Shown: positions 1-8,945 of the stretch, piece after piece
Layout: every line of letters starts with the position of its first letter
How positions within the stretch are numbered: the stretch's first letter is position 1
Origin: a virus
Lineage: Duplodnaviria; Caudoviricetes
Virus record (IMG/VR): IMGVR_UViG_3300048598_000287
Coordinates: 1 to 64,000 of that record
Direction: 5' to 3' (one strand)
Length of the DNA stretch: 64,000 bases
The notes under the pieces: generated by a model
Databases searched by the model: none
What the model was told of the DNA's origin: nothing
The model's input: only the letters and a program-made list of their open reading frames with translations
Position numbers and translations under genes: made by a program

Positions 1-977
1 TTGACAGCAAGGACCAGAAATTCGCATACATGAGCGCGGAAAACGTGAAGAGCCGCGATGCCATCAAAACGGCGGGGAATAATATCCGCTTCGGAAAGGC
101 CGTTTTCACGAATGAGGACGGAAAGCTTGTCCGCACGAATGTCATTTCTGACAGCGCAATCAAGCAGTGCGTGTTCAATTCCGATTGCCCGTACACATCA
201 TCGGAAATCTGGTACAAGCCGAAGTCGGTCATCCTCGCATACATCACATCACAGGTGATGCTGCTGAAGGGATATATGTGCGCGGATGTTGCCCCTTTCC
301 GTCACAAATCAATGCTCACCTTTTCCTGTGCGAAAATGTGTGAAAACACTGTCCCCGTGATGCAAGTCAATTCCACGAAAATGCCCATTCCCGATTCCAC
401 TAGCCTGTTCACGACCGAAACCTGCGGAGATACAGAATGGCGCGGAACCGTCCTCGTGAATGTCGGAAACGGTGAAAATTTTATTAATTTTTCGCAATCC
501 GTCCCCACATCGGTTAGCGAAACCGAATATGAGAACATCATCCGCGATGCGTTCGGGAACAAGGAGCTCGCAATCAAGGATTACACCCGTAAGGCAGCGG
601 TGGATTGCCCGTCCGAACGTGGCATTATACTTTCGGGAAAGGAAATCGCCGGAATGGTGAACCTTCTCCTTGACCGCATCCGCAATATGTCCCGCGAAGG
701 ACGTGGCGCATCCCTTGGGCAAGTCATTATTGACGGGATTGAAATCCGTGGCAAAGTGGAAGGCAGTGAACCCGATGCGAATGGCTGGTGCAAGGTGGCC
801 CCGGATTCGGAGTTCGGCTGCGTTGAGCCGCGCGAAGTATACCGCGAAAGCACGAAAGATGAAGTCAATGCGGTCAACATCGCAGTTGAAGCGCATAAGG
901 CTGCGGACAAGAAGAAGGCGGACAAGGGAAAGAAAAACAAACCGAATCCGGATGAGAACAAGAAGGAAACCGTCTGA
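1..977 (+). CDS. cas7: Cas7fv-like (type I-F2/I-Fv) Cascade backbone subunit, 5'-truncated by window edge
   Basis: Frame is open upstream of ATG30 (DSKDQKFAY). Motifs ISDSAIKQCVF, LLKGY, DSTSLFTTETCGDTEW and DYTRK..SERGIILS..LLDRIRNM align with my recollection of Shewanella Cas7fv (ISQNCIRHHLF, LIRGY, DSTSFFSKTTFGDTEY, NYVRR..GECGILLN..LERLANL). Next to cas6, array and cas3. Confidence 0.8.
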   Translation, partial: DSKDQKFAYMSAENVKSRDAIKTAGNNIRFGKAVFTNEDGKLVRTNVISDSAIKQCVFNSDCPYTSSEIWYKPKSVILAYITSQVMLLKGYMCADVAPFRHKSMLTFSCAKMCENTVPVMQVNSTKMPIPDSTSLFTTETCGDTEWRGTVLVNVGNGENFINFSQSVPTSVSETEYENIIRDAFGNKELAIKDYTRKAAVDCPSERGIILSGKEIAGMVNLLLDRIRNMSREGRGASLGQVIIDGIEIRGKVEGSEPDANGWCKVAPDSEFGCVEPREVYRESTKDEVNAVNIAVEAHKAADKKKADKGKKNKPNPDENKKETV

Positions 978-1031
978 TTTGGCTAACCACAGGGTGCGGC
1001 ATAACCCGCACCCCTTTACGGAGAATCCGCT

Positions 1032-1997
1032 ATGAGCATCGTTAAATTCAGATTTGAAAACTGCCGCGTCAACATGGACGGCACCAACATGAAATCCGTT
1101 CAGTTCAAGACGGCCCCCGGCATCACCGCGTACAGCCTCCGGAACGCATTGGCCGTTATGCTTGGAGAACTTCCCGTGACATTCCTTCAGCCGAAGTCCG
1201 GAAATATGAACGCCATGCGGAATACTCCCGCCGGAGGAGTTACACAATGGTGGGTGAAGAATGAACTCATCCGGCTCCATACCATGCTTTACGACATGGC
1301 GAAATCTGCCCGCATTGTATATGACGCTGACTATTCCCGGTTGAACAGATATAAGGAAGTGATTTCGGCACAGCGCTGCGGAGAACAAAAAGAACAATGC
1401 TATGGAAAAGTCGGACCGAGCGATATCCAATTCAACGGTAAAACATATGAGAATACAGATCATAACTACCCGTTCACCTATTCCGCAATGAGGGATTTGT
1501 TCTATCCGGTATGGGAAGAATTTGAATATGTGGCAGTCTCCGTATGCAAAAAAGACCTCAGATCCATGACCGGATGGGAAGTATTGGAAACGATGGCACA
1601 GGAATATCAGAATGGAAATGCAGCAGTGTGCACGTTGCAGTACCATATGGAAGAGTCTAATAAATCGCTCATCAGAAAATTTTCTGAAATTTTGAAATCC
1701 GGCAAAATTTCAGAAACTGGGTCAATAATCAGAAACAAGGTTGACGTACTATTCCAGCAGTATTCGTTCGCTCCTAGAACTCCTGCGGAATGCACAGTGA
1801 GGATGAGCGGAGATATTTATATTGATGTAAATGAAGAACATTATCAACGTTTTGTAAACGGATGTGGATATTCTACTCTTGACCTTGGAGTCATCACTCT
1901 TCTTGAAGGCGAAAGCGGAGATAACAGCAAGTTTGATTCCATTGAAGAAACACACGGCATTCCGCCCGTGGAAACACCGGAAATCATTGTCGGATAA
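1032..1997 (+). CDS. cas5: Cas5fv-like Cascade subunit
   Basis: 321 aa, between cas7fv and cas6. N-terminal beta strand plus LRNALAVMLGE, and C-terminal RMSGDIYIDV..GCGYSTLDLG resembling the Cas5fv RRM ends. Size matches Cas5fv. Confidence 0.6.
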   Translation: MSIVKFRFENCRVNMDGTNMKSVQFKTAPGITAYSLRNALAVMLGELPVTFLQPKSGNMNAMRNTPAGGVTQWWVKNELIRLHTMLYDMAKSARIVYDADYSRLNRYKEVISAQRCGEQKEQCYGKVGPSDIQFNGKTYENTDHNYPFTYSAMRDLFYPVWEEFEYVAVSVCKKDLRSMTGWEVLETMAQEYQNGNAAVCTLQYHMEESNKSLIRKFSEILKSGKISETGSIIRNKVDVLFQQYSFAPRTPAECTVRMSGDIYIDVNEEHYQRFVNGCGYSTLDLGVITLLEGESGDNSKFDSIEETHGIPPVETPEIIVG

Positions 1998-2009
1998 CAG
2001 GAGAAAATT

Positions 2010-2594
2010 ATGAAAGAATATATTGTAAAGTTCAAGAATAACTCCGGGAAGTCTCTCGGATACGGCTATCACATCGGTATGTACCGACTGTTCGGAGCTG
2101 AAAATGAAACATATGAAATAAACATCCCTCGGTTCCAGATTTTTGGAAACGGCATCGTACGCTTTTACACGGACGAAACGATTAAAAATGAAAGCGTCCT
2201 TGCATTCCAGCCGACATCTACTGATGTGAATACCGTTGCTTCCGGGTTTAACATTGTGTTCGCTCCTACCCGCAAGGATAAGAGGCTCTCGGGAACCGCA
2301 AAGCCCGTGCAGCCTACTGAAGTAGGCAAAAATTACATAAAGGGAAAACTCGCCGCCATGCTTGCACAAATGGGCATTACTGATGCGGACATAGAGTTAG
2401 AATACGGGCACGCGTTCTCCGAACAGTTCAAAAAAGGATTGGCGGTGCATAATATAATGACCGCCGCCGCTACTGTACGGTTTGCTTCTCCGCATGACAT
2501 TAGCAAAATCCTTACGAATGGCTACGGAAAGTTCAAGTTCAACGGGCTCGGTTATGTGGCTGAAATCTTTCACGACAGCGTGCAAAACCAGTAA
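2010..2594 (+). CDS. cas6: Cas6 crRNA-processing endoribonuclease (Cas6e-like G-loop)
   Basis: C-terminal glycine loop LTNGYGKFKFNGLGY; directly upstream of the array. Confidence 0.75.
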   Translation: MKEYIVKFKNNSGKSLGYGYHIGMYRLFGAENETYEINIPRFQIFGNGIVRFYTDETIKNESVLAFQPTSTDVNTVASGFNIVFAPTRKDKRLSGTAKPVQPTEVGKNYIKGKLAAMLAQMGITDADIELEYGHAFSEQFKKGLAVHNIMTAAATVRFASPHDISKILTNGYGKFKFNGLGYVAEIFHDSVQNQ

Positions 2595-2665
2595 GATATT
2601 TGTAAGCTATTTTATCTAACCCAACATATTGTATGTGTAGTGTATGGAATACCCAATATATTGCT
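2595..2665 (+). promoter_or_regulatory. CRISPR leader (AT-rich)
   Basis: AT-rich non-coding stretch before the first perfect repeat; degenerate repeats are at the opposite end. Confidence 0.55.
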
Positions 2666-3167
2666 GTTTCCCCCATACGCGGGGGAAGTTTACCAGAACG
2701 CAGATGCGGCTCTTTCGCAGTCGATAGTTTCCCCCATACGCGGGGGAAGTTTACCTAAGCCGTTCTCCGTATTAATCGTATAACTTGGTTTCCCCCATAC
2801 GCGGGGGAAGTTTACAAGATATAGTAAGAAAAACCACTGAAGCTATCCGTTTCCCCCATACGCGGGGGAAGTTTACCAGTGGAATTGGGGTCGTTCAGTA
2901 TGTTCTCATGTTTCCCCCATACGCGGGGGAAGTTTACCGGTAGAAGACGTATACAGTTTCCCCCATATGCGTTTCCCCCATACGCGGGGGAAGTTTACCA
3001 TTACAATATAATGGCACCGAAAACGGGCCAAGTTTCCCCCATACGCGGGGGAAGTTTACCTGAGATGGAAAGTGACGAGAATTCCATTTACAGTTTCCCC
3101 CATATGCGGGGGAAGTTTACTAGGGGCGTTTAGGTATTGGTTTCCCCCACCTATGGGGGAAGTTGAA
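2666..3167 (+). CRISPR. CRISPR array, repeat GTTTCCCCCATACGCGGGGGAAGTTTAC (28 bp), seven 33-bp spacers plus a degenerate trailer unit
   Basis: Repeats at 2666, 2727, 2788, 2849, 2910, 2971, 3032 and 3093 (one variant), period 61. Degenerate copy at 3140-3167 after a 19-bp spacer. CCCCC/GGGGG hairpin. Confidence 0.97.
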
Positions 3168-3208
3168 TGTAAAGTTGAATGTAAAGTTGAATGTAAAGGT
3201 GAATGTAA
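3160..3208 (+). repeat. 12-bp tandem repeat AAGTTGAATGTA x4
   Basis: Directly visible at the array trailer. Confidence 0.9.
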
Positions 3209-3270
3209 AAATGTTCCCCACGTATTGGGCACATTTGCTATATTGAAAGCGATCGTGTTTTGCAACCTGT

Positions 3271-3322
3271 TCCATCACCCTGTTCCATGACCGGTTCGAG
3301 AGATGGATAGGCCACCGTATAT
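3271..3322 (+). promoter_or_regulatory. Bipartite motif TCCATCACCC-N30-GCCACCGTATAT upstream of cas3 (also at 6558, 7013, 8689, 12923, 15699, 19809)
   Basis: Conserved boxes with 28-30 nt variable spacing, usually followed by the CAACAAGGAG RBS. Confidence 0.7.
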
Positions 3323-3349
3323 AGATGGGTATCAACAAGGAGTCTGAAT

Positions 3350-5683
3350 ATGGTATATGCAAAGGCGCTTAATAATGAATGCACCTCCATTACACTGAAG
3401 GAGCACAGTGAATCCGTGGCGAAGAAGGCGCGTGAGCTTGCTCTGACCCTTACGGGAGACTATCGCATAGGGAATCTCCTGTATGTTGCGGGCCTTCTGC
3501 ATGACGTAGGGAAGGCGACCAGCCATATGCAGGATTACTTCACGGGCAAAAGCTCCGGCGAACCGTCTCCGTATCATTCCGAAATCGGCTGGATGTGGAT
3601 TAGCACACAGGCGGCTCAAATCAAGCAGTATCTTAAGAATAATGAAGCGGTTCCCGAAGCATTCTGCAAGACCCCTTCCGTATGCGTTGACATACTGGCC
3701 AAGTCCGTGTTCTATCACCATGCGCGACATGTTCAATATGACGATAAGCATAAGGAAATTGACCCGGTATCAGACCTTACGGAGCACTGTTCCGAATACG
3801 TGCAGGAAATGAATTCCTCATATGCAAACGAGGAGTTCCACATGGAGTTTGACAATGACGTTCAGTTTGACGGGAAGGTACCCGAACTTAAGTCATCAGT
3901 GACAACTGGATCGCAGTCATCGGTGGCGGACGGGTTATTGTATCTTGTGCGCACCATCCTTGTCCATGCCGATCACATGGTGAGCGGTAACCTATCCGAT
4001 GGCAAGAGTTTTTCCGCATATCCCGTTCCCAATATGCCCGAGGGATGGGACGCTAAACGGTATGGCACGAGCAAGGAAATCGCTCTCGGCATCACCGGGT
4101 CATCCGGGATAAAGAATCATGTCATCAATGCCCCTGCTGGGTTCGGCAAAACCTCCATCGCGTATCTCACTGCACTTATGAGCAGCAACCGGACGGTCAT
4201 AGCGTGTCCGACCAAGTTCATAGCTGATGGCCTATATGATTCCCTTAATGAGCTAGAGAACCTTTTCGGGACACGTGTCGGGATAGAGCTTGTGTATGGC
4301 GGGAAACGGCAGAAGGCATCCTGTGAGGATTCCATGTGCAAGATAAGCGTGGGTACGATAGACACGTTCGTGGGGACGTTCGTGAAGGGCAAGAACATGG
4401 GGAATGCCATAGAGGGTTCCGACATATGCGCGTATGACATCCTTTCCTCGAACGTGGTGTTTGACGAATATCACGAGCTTCTGGATAACAATGCGCTCTT
4501 CGCGCTGTTCGTGAACATTCTATCCGCGCGCACCGTGTTCGTGAAGGATGCGAAGACGGTTCTGATGAGTGCGACACCCGTTAACTTACGTTCCGTGGCA
4601 CCTGTCCGCGATGGTGAGAACACGCAGTATTATCCGTCAAGAAACGAGGCCTATCCTGCTCAGCACGATAAGGAGTACACTCTATGCATGGTTGATTCCG
4701 TGCCCGAGAATCTTCCGGATAATACGTTCGCAATATTCAACACCGTGAAGGAAGCTCAGAAGCATATGGCAAATGGGAACACAATATGTCATCATGCGAA
4801 ATTCACGAAGGAAGACCGTGCCCGGAACGAAATGAATCTGTTCAGACATCACGGGAAGCATGGATCGGTTCCGGTATCGGTCTCCGCGTCTCCCATAATG
4901 CAGGCTTCAGTAGACGTGTCGGCGGGCACATTGTATGAGAGCACCGCATGGTTCACCAACACCGTGCAGCGGATCGGAAGATGCAACCGGTGGGGACGGG
5001 ATGAGAAAGCGGCGATCAATCTGTATTTCTCAACGGATGCCACGGAGAACATGACACGGTTCAAAGAGAAGTCCGCACTGGCCGATTCATGGCGGAAGTT
5101 CGTTTCGGAAAACGTGCATCCCAATATGACGGTCAACCTTGACTGGATATATAAGGAGCTGTACTTTAAGTTCTGTTCGGAGAACAATGAACAGATTGAT
5201 GCCTACACTACCGAATGCTATAAGGAGGGTAGGCAATCGCTCGCATCGCTTTTCCCAAAGGCGAGCGGTCAGTATAAGGATGAAACGAGCAAGGAGATCA
5301 GCGTTGATGGCTTGCGCGGTGATGCGAAATGTAATTGCGCACTCTATTGCAAAGAAGATGGTAAATGGATAGGTACGAATCATCAAAAAGATCCGAATGA
5401 CATCCCGTTCTCAATCGAGTACGAAAAGGTTACGCGTCTGTTAGATAAGGTGGAAGACATGGACAAGTGGTTGGGCCAGCTGCTCAAAACATATCCCGGA
5501 TCGTTTTCAGGAATAGAGGAATATGTAGGGTATAAGTCGGTTATCGGAAATATTACAAAGAAGAAGTTCGCATCCCTCATTAAGAATTTCGCATCATTCA
5601 GCAAGGACAGTGACTATCCGGTTCCGGTTCCCGAAGGCATGGGAATTTATGACCATCGTATAGGGGCTATGCTAACATTCTAA
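3350..5683 (+). CDS. cas3: Cas3 HD nuclease-SF2 helicase (no Cas2 fusion)
   Basis: YAK..TLKEHS, LHDVGK, HSEIG, YHH and HADH (HD domain); APAGFGKT (Walker A), DEYH, MSAT, HAKF and QRIGRCNRWG. Confidence 0.95.
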   Translation: MVYAKALNNECTSITLKEHSESVAKKARELALTLTGDYRIGNLLYVAGLLHDVGKATSHMQDYFTGKSSGEPSPYHSEIGWMWISTQAAQIKQYLKNNEAVPEAFCKTPSVCVDILAKSVFYHHARHVQYDDKHKEIDPVSDLTEHCSEYVQEMNSSYANEEFHMEFDNDVQFDGKVPELKSSVTTGSQSSVADGLLYLVRTILVHADHMVSGNLSDGKSFSAYPVPNMPEGWDAKRYGTSKEIALGITGSSGIKNHVINAPAGFGKTSIAYLTALMSSNRTVIACPTKFIADGLYDSLNELENLFGTRVGIELVYGGKRQKASCEDSMCKISVGTIDTFVGTFVKGKNMGNAIEGSDICAYDILSSNVVFDEYHELLDNNALFALFVNILSARTVFVKDAKTVLMSATPVNLRSVAPVRDGENTQYYPSRNEAYPAQHDKEYTLCMVDSVPENLPDNTFAIFNTVKEAQKHMANGNTICHHAKFTKEDRARNEMNLFRHHGKHGSVPVSVSASPIMQASVDVSAGTLYESTAWFTNTVQRIGRCNRWGRDEKAAINLYFSTDATENMTRFKEKSALADSWRKFVSENVHPNMTVNLDWIYKELYFKFCSENNEQIDAYTTECYKEGRQSLASLFPKASGQYKDETSKEISVDGLRGDAKCNCALYCKEDGKWIGTNHQKDPNDIPFSIEYEKVTRLLDKVEDMDKWLGQLLKTYPGSFSGIEEYVGYKSVIGNITKKKFASLIKNFASFSKDSDYPVPVPEGMGIYDHRIGAMLTF

Positions 5684-5753
5684 TCAATTAATCCATGGAT
5701 TGCGGACCCATTGCCATCCCTAACTCCTTTGGCAATCCGTCCCTCATGGATTC

Positions 5754-5812
5754 GGCGACCCGTCCCGGAAGTGTTTTGCTGACTTCTATCCGGGACGGGT
5801 CGCCCATTTTTT
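5754..5812 (+). terminator. Long hairpin plus U-tract after cas3
   Basis: 16-bp inverted repeat GGCGACCCGTCCCGGA (5754-5769) / 5789-5804, followed by TTTTTT. Confidence 0.65.
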
Positions 5813-5821
5813 GCCATCCCA

Positions 5822-5850
5822 TTGACAACGGCTATGTAATTAGCTATATT
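5822..5850 (+). promoter_or_regulatory. sigma70-like promoter TTGACA-N17-TATATT with conserved TAATTATC before -10 (many copies, e.g. 6120, 11534, 13424, 14491, 15757, 23697, 28155, 29419, 30526; minus strand 48001-48029)
   Basis: 17-nt spacing, recurring upstream of RBS/ORF starts. Confidence 0.8.
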
Positions 5851-5866
5851 ATAGATAACAAAGGAG

Positions 5867-6091
5867 ATGTATATGAGTGATACCAAGTTTGAACTCTTTC
5901 TGTGCGGTATTATGATTCTTGTAGGAATCGGAATAGGATTTATTATAGACACTGCATTTACCCCGTCCACCTACACCATAAAAGAATATCAATGGTGTCT
6001 AAAGAACGCGAATGAAGGATATTGTAAACTCCATTATAAGGATGCCGCATCCTATATGGAAAAGAATGGATTCGTATTCAAAGTGAAATGA
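5867..6091 (+). CDS. Small membrane protein (tandem paralog 1)
   Basis: One N-terminal hydrophobic helix; duplicated together with its promoter. Confidence 0.7.
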   Translation: MYMSDTKFELFLCGIMILVGIGIGFIIDTAFTPSTYTIKEYQWCLKNANEGYCKLHYKDAASYMEKNGFVFKVK

Positions 6092-6164
6092 AGTTCGCTA
6101 AAATAATCCGGGTATCCCATTGACAACGGCCATGTAATTAGCTATATTATAGATAACAAAGGAG

Positions 6165-6383
6165 ATGTATATGAGTGATACCAAGTTTGAAATCTTGCTG
6201 TGCGGTATTATGATTTTTGTGGGCATTCTTATAGGACTATTAATAGGATCTTCATCTATTCCACCCACCACAGGGGAATACGAATCGTGTCTTAAGCACG
6301 CGGAGGTAAACTATTGTAAACTCCATTATAAGGAAGCTGCTTCCTATATGGAAAAGAATGACTTCGTATTCAAAGTGAAATGA
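6165..6383 (+). CDS. Small membrane protein (tandem paralog 2)
   Basis: Paralog of 5867-6091. Confidence 0.7.
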   Translation: MYMSDTKFEILLCGIMIFVGILIGLLIGSSSIPPTTGEYESCLKHAEVNYCKLHYKEAASYMEKNDFVFKVK

Positions 6384-6427
6384 CGTTTGCTAACTCTATT
6401 TATTCTATATAATACACAATAGGCTGA

Positions 6428-6455
6428 GGTTTCCCCATACGCGGGGGAAGTTTAC
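6428..6455 (+). repeat. Solitary copy of the CRISPR repeat
   Basis: GGTTTCCCCATACGCGGGGGAAGTTTAC, one C shorter than the array repeat. Confidence 0.9.
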
Positions 6456-6635
6456 AACTACCGAGGAAATATAGGTAGTTCCCTAATGAGTTTCAACTCC
6501 GATGGGGAGAGGCTCCGCAAAGGGGACTATCTTTTTGACATACATTGTGCAACCTGTTCCATCACCCTGTACTGGACAGGTTCGAGAGACGGATAGGCCA
6601 CCGTATATGGATGGGTATCAACAAGGAGATTTGAT

Positions 6636-6944
6636 ATGAAGAAAATCATTAATGGCAAGAAGTATGACACCGAAACCGCGGTACTCATCGCCGAGATGGA
6701 CAACGGGCGTTCCGAATCCGATTTCAACTGGGTGCACGAGAAAATGTTCCTCAAGAAGACGGGTGAATTCTTCCTCTTCGGTGAAGGCGGGGCGATGACG
6801 GCATATCGGCGCGGTTGCGATGGCAATTCCTATTGCGGCGGGGAAAAACTCGTTCCCATCACCACGGATGAGGCAAAGAAGTTCGGCGAGGAGAATATGT
6901 CCGCCGAAGCGTATGAAAAGACGTTCGGCGTAGTCCACGAATGA
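6636..6944 (+). CDS. Conserved phage/MGE hypothetical protein (KKIINGKKYDTETA family)
   Basis: RBS, bipartite motif upstream, recognisable family start. Confidence 0.75.
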   Translation: MKKIINGKKYDTETAVLIAEMDNGRSESDFNWVHEKMFLKKTGEFFLFGEGGAMTAYRRGCDGNSYCGGEKLVPITTDEAKKFGEENMSAEAYEKTFGVVHE

Positions 6945-6961
6945 GTTTCAACTCCGATGGG

Positions 6962-6991
6962 GAGAGGCTCCGCAAGGGGCCTCTCTTTTTT
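6962..6991 (+). terminator. Intrinsic terminator GAGAGGCTCC-GCAA-GGGGCCTCTC-T6 (related copies near 6507 and 9463)
   Basis: GNRA-loop hairpin plus U-tract. Confidence 0.75.
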
Positions 6992-7091
6992 GGCATCCAT
7001 TGATCAACCCGTTCCATCACCCTGTTCCATGACCGGTTCGAGAGACGGATAGGCCACCGTATATGGATGGGTATCAACAAGGAGATTTGAT

Positions 7092-7568
7092 ATGAAAAAT
7101 GTAAACCATTTTACCGTGACGGATGTGCAAATTGATCTCAATGGTAATGGTATTTGTAAGGCTACCGCCCACGTCGTTCTGAACAATCAGCTTGTTCTCA
7201 CTGGACTCCGCATTCTGGACGGTGTTAATGGGCTTTTTGTTGGCTATCCGAAAGGTCATGACAACAATGGCGCGGACGACCGCACATTATATTATCCTGC
7301 GGATACGCAGCTGCGCGATCATATTGAGGAATGTGTCATTGCAAAGTATAAGGAAGCAATTGTTTCCCGCCATGTCCGCACAAACTGGGACGTCTTCTGC
7401 GAAAGGTACGGAACGGATAAAAATGAAGATTTATTAAAGATGGCTATGTTTCAGGGAATTGGCTGTCGTTGCTGTCCTGCTAAATTATTTTGCAAAAAAA
7501 TAAAAGCACCCACATGCCACGATTCATTTGTCCGCTGGGCTACATCGGAAGCAAAGGATGCGAAATGA
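7092..7568 (+). CDS. spoVG: SpoVG-family nucleic-acid-binding protein with Cys-rich C-terminal extension
   Basis: VTDVQI..KATAHVVLNNQLVLTGLRILDGVNGLFVGYP..YYP...LRDHIEECVIAKY. Confidence 0.8.
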   Translation: MKNVNHFTVTDVQIDLNGNGICKATAHVVLNNQLVLTGLRILDGVNGLFVGYPKGHDNNGADDRTLYYPADTQLRDHIEECVIAKYKEAIVSRHVRTNWDVFCERYGTDKNEDLLKMAMFQGIGCRCCPAKLFCKKIKAPTCHDSFVRWATSEAKDAK

Positions 7569-7851
7569 ATTTAACTTTTAATTTTTAATTTTCATCAACT
7601 CCGATAGGGAGAGGCTCCATCCCCATGTCGCAGCAAAAAACAGCAAAGTATGAAATGAAGCGCAACCGATTGGCCATTTTTGAAGATGGCATGCCGATAT
7701 ATTGCAATGATGACGGACATGTTTGCAGTGATGCCGATGCATTAGCTGACTGCATGTATGATTAATTCGCATTGACGATGGGAAATGATTGCTTTCTTGT
7801 CAAAAATATTTTAATTTTCTATATTATCCGCATTAACAGGGAGATACGATA

Positions 7852-8088
7852 ATGAAGATGGCTATCATAGCAGCATCGCTACCGATTATCCTATTGGCTT
7901 GCAGTCTTTCGGATGACCGTCCTCAGGGAGCCAACTATACAATAGAGGTTTGCAGCTCTCTGTGCCCGGCTCCGACAAACGATTCTACTAAATACGATGG
8001 GCTGGGTGAATTCACGCCGGATCACACTCTCATCAAGTGTAAGAAAACGACGATTGCATACGAATGCGCGAACTATCCCTATCCGTAG
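7852..8088 (+). CDS. Putative lipoprotein
   Basis: Signal peptide with lipobox LLAC. Confidence 0.6.
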   Translation: MKMAIIAASLPIILLACSLSDDRPQGANYTIEVCSSLCPAPTNDSTKYDGLGEFTPDHTLIKCKKTTIAYECANYPYP

Positions 8089-8196
8089 ATAAGGCATTTT
8101 TTGCCCATACTAACTCACAAAGAATAAGTAATTATCCATCTTGACAATCGGTATTTAATTATCTAGTTTTGGACCATCAGCAACGGAGATGACGAA

Positions 8197-8610
8197 ATGC
8201 AAAATTCTAATGCGAACCTGAGTTATGAGAAGTTTTCCAATGGACGGGAAGAATGGTGGGATGATGCCAATGTTAAACTGATTCATGCAAAAGATCCGGA
8301 TGGGTATGAATGGTGGCACGAGTATGATGCCAATGGGAAACTGATTCATGAGAAGTCTTCCACCGGATATGAATGGTGGGATGAGGCTAATGGGAAACTG
8401 GTTCATGTGAAATGTACAGATGGCTCCGAAGTGTGGTTCGACTATGATGATACAGGGCACATCATTCATGAAAAGCATTCCGACGGTTCGGAAAAATGGT
8501 ATGACGCAAATGGAAAATTACTTCATGCAAAAAATGTTGACGGATCAGAAACTTGGTTTGATACCAATGGGAATGAGATTCCTATGGAAAATGCATCAAT
8601 GAACAGATAG
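8197..8610 (+). CDS. YD-like repeat protein
   Basis: W(Y)EYDANGKLIHxKxSDG repeats. Confidence 0.8.
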   Translation: MQNSNANLSYEKFSNGREEWWDDANVKLIHAKDPDGYEWWHEYDANGKLIHEKSSTGYEWWDEANGKLVHVKCTDGSEVWFDYDDTGHIIHEKHSDGSEKWYDANGKLLHAKNVDGSETWFDTNGNEIPMENASMNR

Positions 8611-8638
8611 ATAAGTTTACACATGATTCACCAGTTCC

Positions 8639-8664
8639 GCCCCCTGTCAGACGGGGGCATTTTT
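8639..8664 (+). terminator. Terminator GCCCCCTGTCAxACGGGGGC-ATTTTT (copies near 11419, 12873, 15649)
   Basis: Recurring hairpin plus T-run, each followed by a TCCATCACCC box. Confidence 0.7.
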
Positions 8665-8945
8665 GTGAAACTGATTCCGGGAACCTGCTCCATCACCCTA
8701 TACTGTACGGGTTCGAGAGAGGGATAGGCCACCGTATATCAGACAGTGTCCGAAGCGATGGTGCAGAGGATAGCAAGGAGTTTCAATATGACGTGTGAGA
8801 AAGGATTGCGGATCAGTTCCATAGAGCGGTCCAGACGGGTGGTTCAGTTACGAAAGGATGTCAAGGACATTGTCATCATGGTGGTGCTGCTGGGCGTCAT
8901 CGCGTTCCTGACATGGTATGTTGTCCTTATCGGGGCGGGGGTGTT

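Noticed and set aside
309-1646. 445-aa minus-strand ORF
   Set aside because: Antisense to the cas7/cas5-like genes and has no motifs.
2694-3092. Self-targeting by type I spacers within the window
   Set aside because: No full match found by eye other than the repeat-derived half of spacer 5. Not exhaustive.
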